Of a DNA stretch of 13,031 nucleotides, positions 12,916 to 13,031 are shown piece by piece. Position 1 is the first letter of the stretch; each line of letters begins with the position of its first letter. A program made the position numbers and the translations under genes. The DNA comes from a virus. The notes under the pieces were generated by a model. That model was given only the letters and a program-made list of their open reading frames with translations. It searched no databases and was not told the DNA's origin. The DNA lies in IMG/VR virus record IMGVR_UViG_3300045988_027757; one strand, 5' to 3'.

Positions 12916-12924
12916 ATTATACCA
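12916..12924 (-). promoter_or_regulatory. Extended -10 promoter element just inside the right ITR
   Basis: In minus sense: TGgTATAAT (TATAAT = 12916-12921). It lies about 37 nt upstream of the first early start codon. The -35 region is weak. Confidence 0.4.
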
Positions 12925-12932
12925 TACACTAA

Positions 12933-12961
12933 ATTGTATATGTTGCTATTTACATTGTAAA
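12933..12961 (-). promoter_or_regulatory. ITR-embedded promoter-like element, right copy, pointing at the early genes
   Basis: In minus sense: TTTACA, a 17-nt spacer, then TACAAT ending exactly at the inner ITR boundary. It is in tandem with the extended -10 element 8 nt further downstream. Confidence 0.45.
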
Positions 12962-13031
12962 AATTGCTGTACTCCCCTACCCTACCGAGTGCAGAGGGAG
13001 GGATTTTTCTTATAGGTATGTTAGCAATGAC
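12933..13031. repeat. Right inverted terminal repeat (99 bp)
   Basis: Exact reverse complement of bases 1-99. Confidence 0.95.

Larger units (their letters stand above)
1..13031. mobile_element. Complete linear phi29-like (ITR-bounded, protein-primed) podophage genome
   Basis: Perfect 99-bp ITRs sit at the two extreme ends of the window. The window also holds a protein-primed-type DNA polymerase B, a candidate terminal protein, a gp16-like ATPase, and gp8/gp9/gp10-like capsid, tail knob and connector genes. Coding is dense throughout and no host-type genes are present. Confidence 0.85.

Noticed and set aside
1-13031. Search for lysogeny, defence or cargo functions (integrase, repressor, toxin-antitoxin, methylase, reverse transcriptase, tRNA)
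   Set aside because: No ORF shows the corresponding catalytic motifs. All space is accounted for by replication, packaging, structural and lysis genes plus five unknowns of 58-99 aa. Any anti-defence role of those small proteins is inference only.

Overview
The window appears to be an entire small linear dsDNA phage genome (13,031 bp), not a chromosomal fragment. Bases 1-99 are the exact reverse complement of 12933-13031, giving 99-bp inverted terminal repeats (ITRs). Every credible gene lies on the minus strand, read from the right end to the left end. In that order:

- ITR with promoter-like elements.
- Four small early genes (58, 88, 99 and 76 aa). The 58-aa gene is below the ORF-track cutoff and was found by hand.
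- A candidate terminal protein.
- A protein-primed family-B DNA polymerase (ExoI-III, motifs A/B, YCDTDS, KxY).
- A phi29 gp16-like packaging ATPase.
- A 133-bp non-coding gap holding a near-consensus promoter and a GC-rich structured RNA.
- A 52-aa BhlA-like holin candidate, also found by hand.
- A 77-aa unknown.
- A scaffold protein with a Pro-Gln repeat.
- A phi29 gp8-like major capsid protein, followed by a terminator.
- A gp9-like tail knob, an M23 peptidase, a gp10-like connector and a lower collar.
- A beta-helix tailspike, a terminator, then the left ITR.

I saw no integrase, repressor, tRNA, rRNA or CRISPR. Nearly all genes have strong GGAGG-type Shine-Dalgarno sites, which suggests a Bacillota-type host (inference).

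The points most worth follow-up:
- The genome itself: a miniature, single-strand-oriented relative of phi29-like phages.
- The structured RNA just downstream of the ATPase gene, a candidate packaging RNA (pRNA) or leader.
- A small acidic early protein ending in the bacterial SSB tip motif (GDELPF).
- An inward-facing promoter embedded in both ITR copies.
- A clear compositional break inside the tailspike gene.

All homology statements rest on motifs I recognise by eye or recall from memory. No database search was run.
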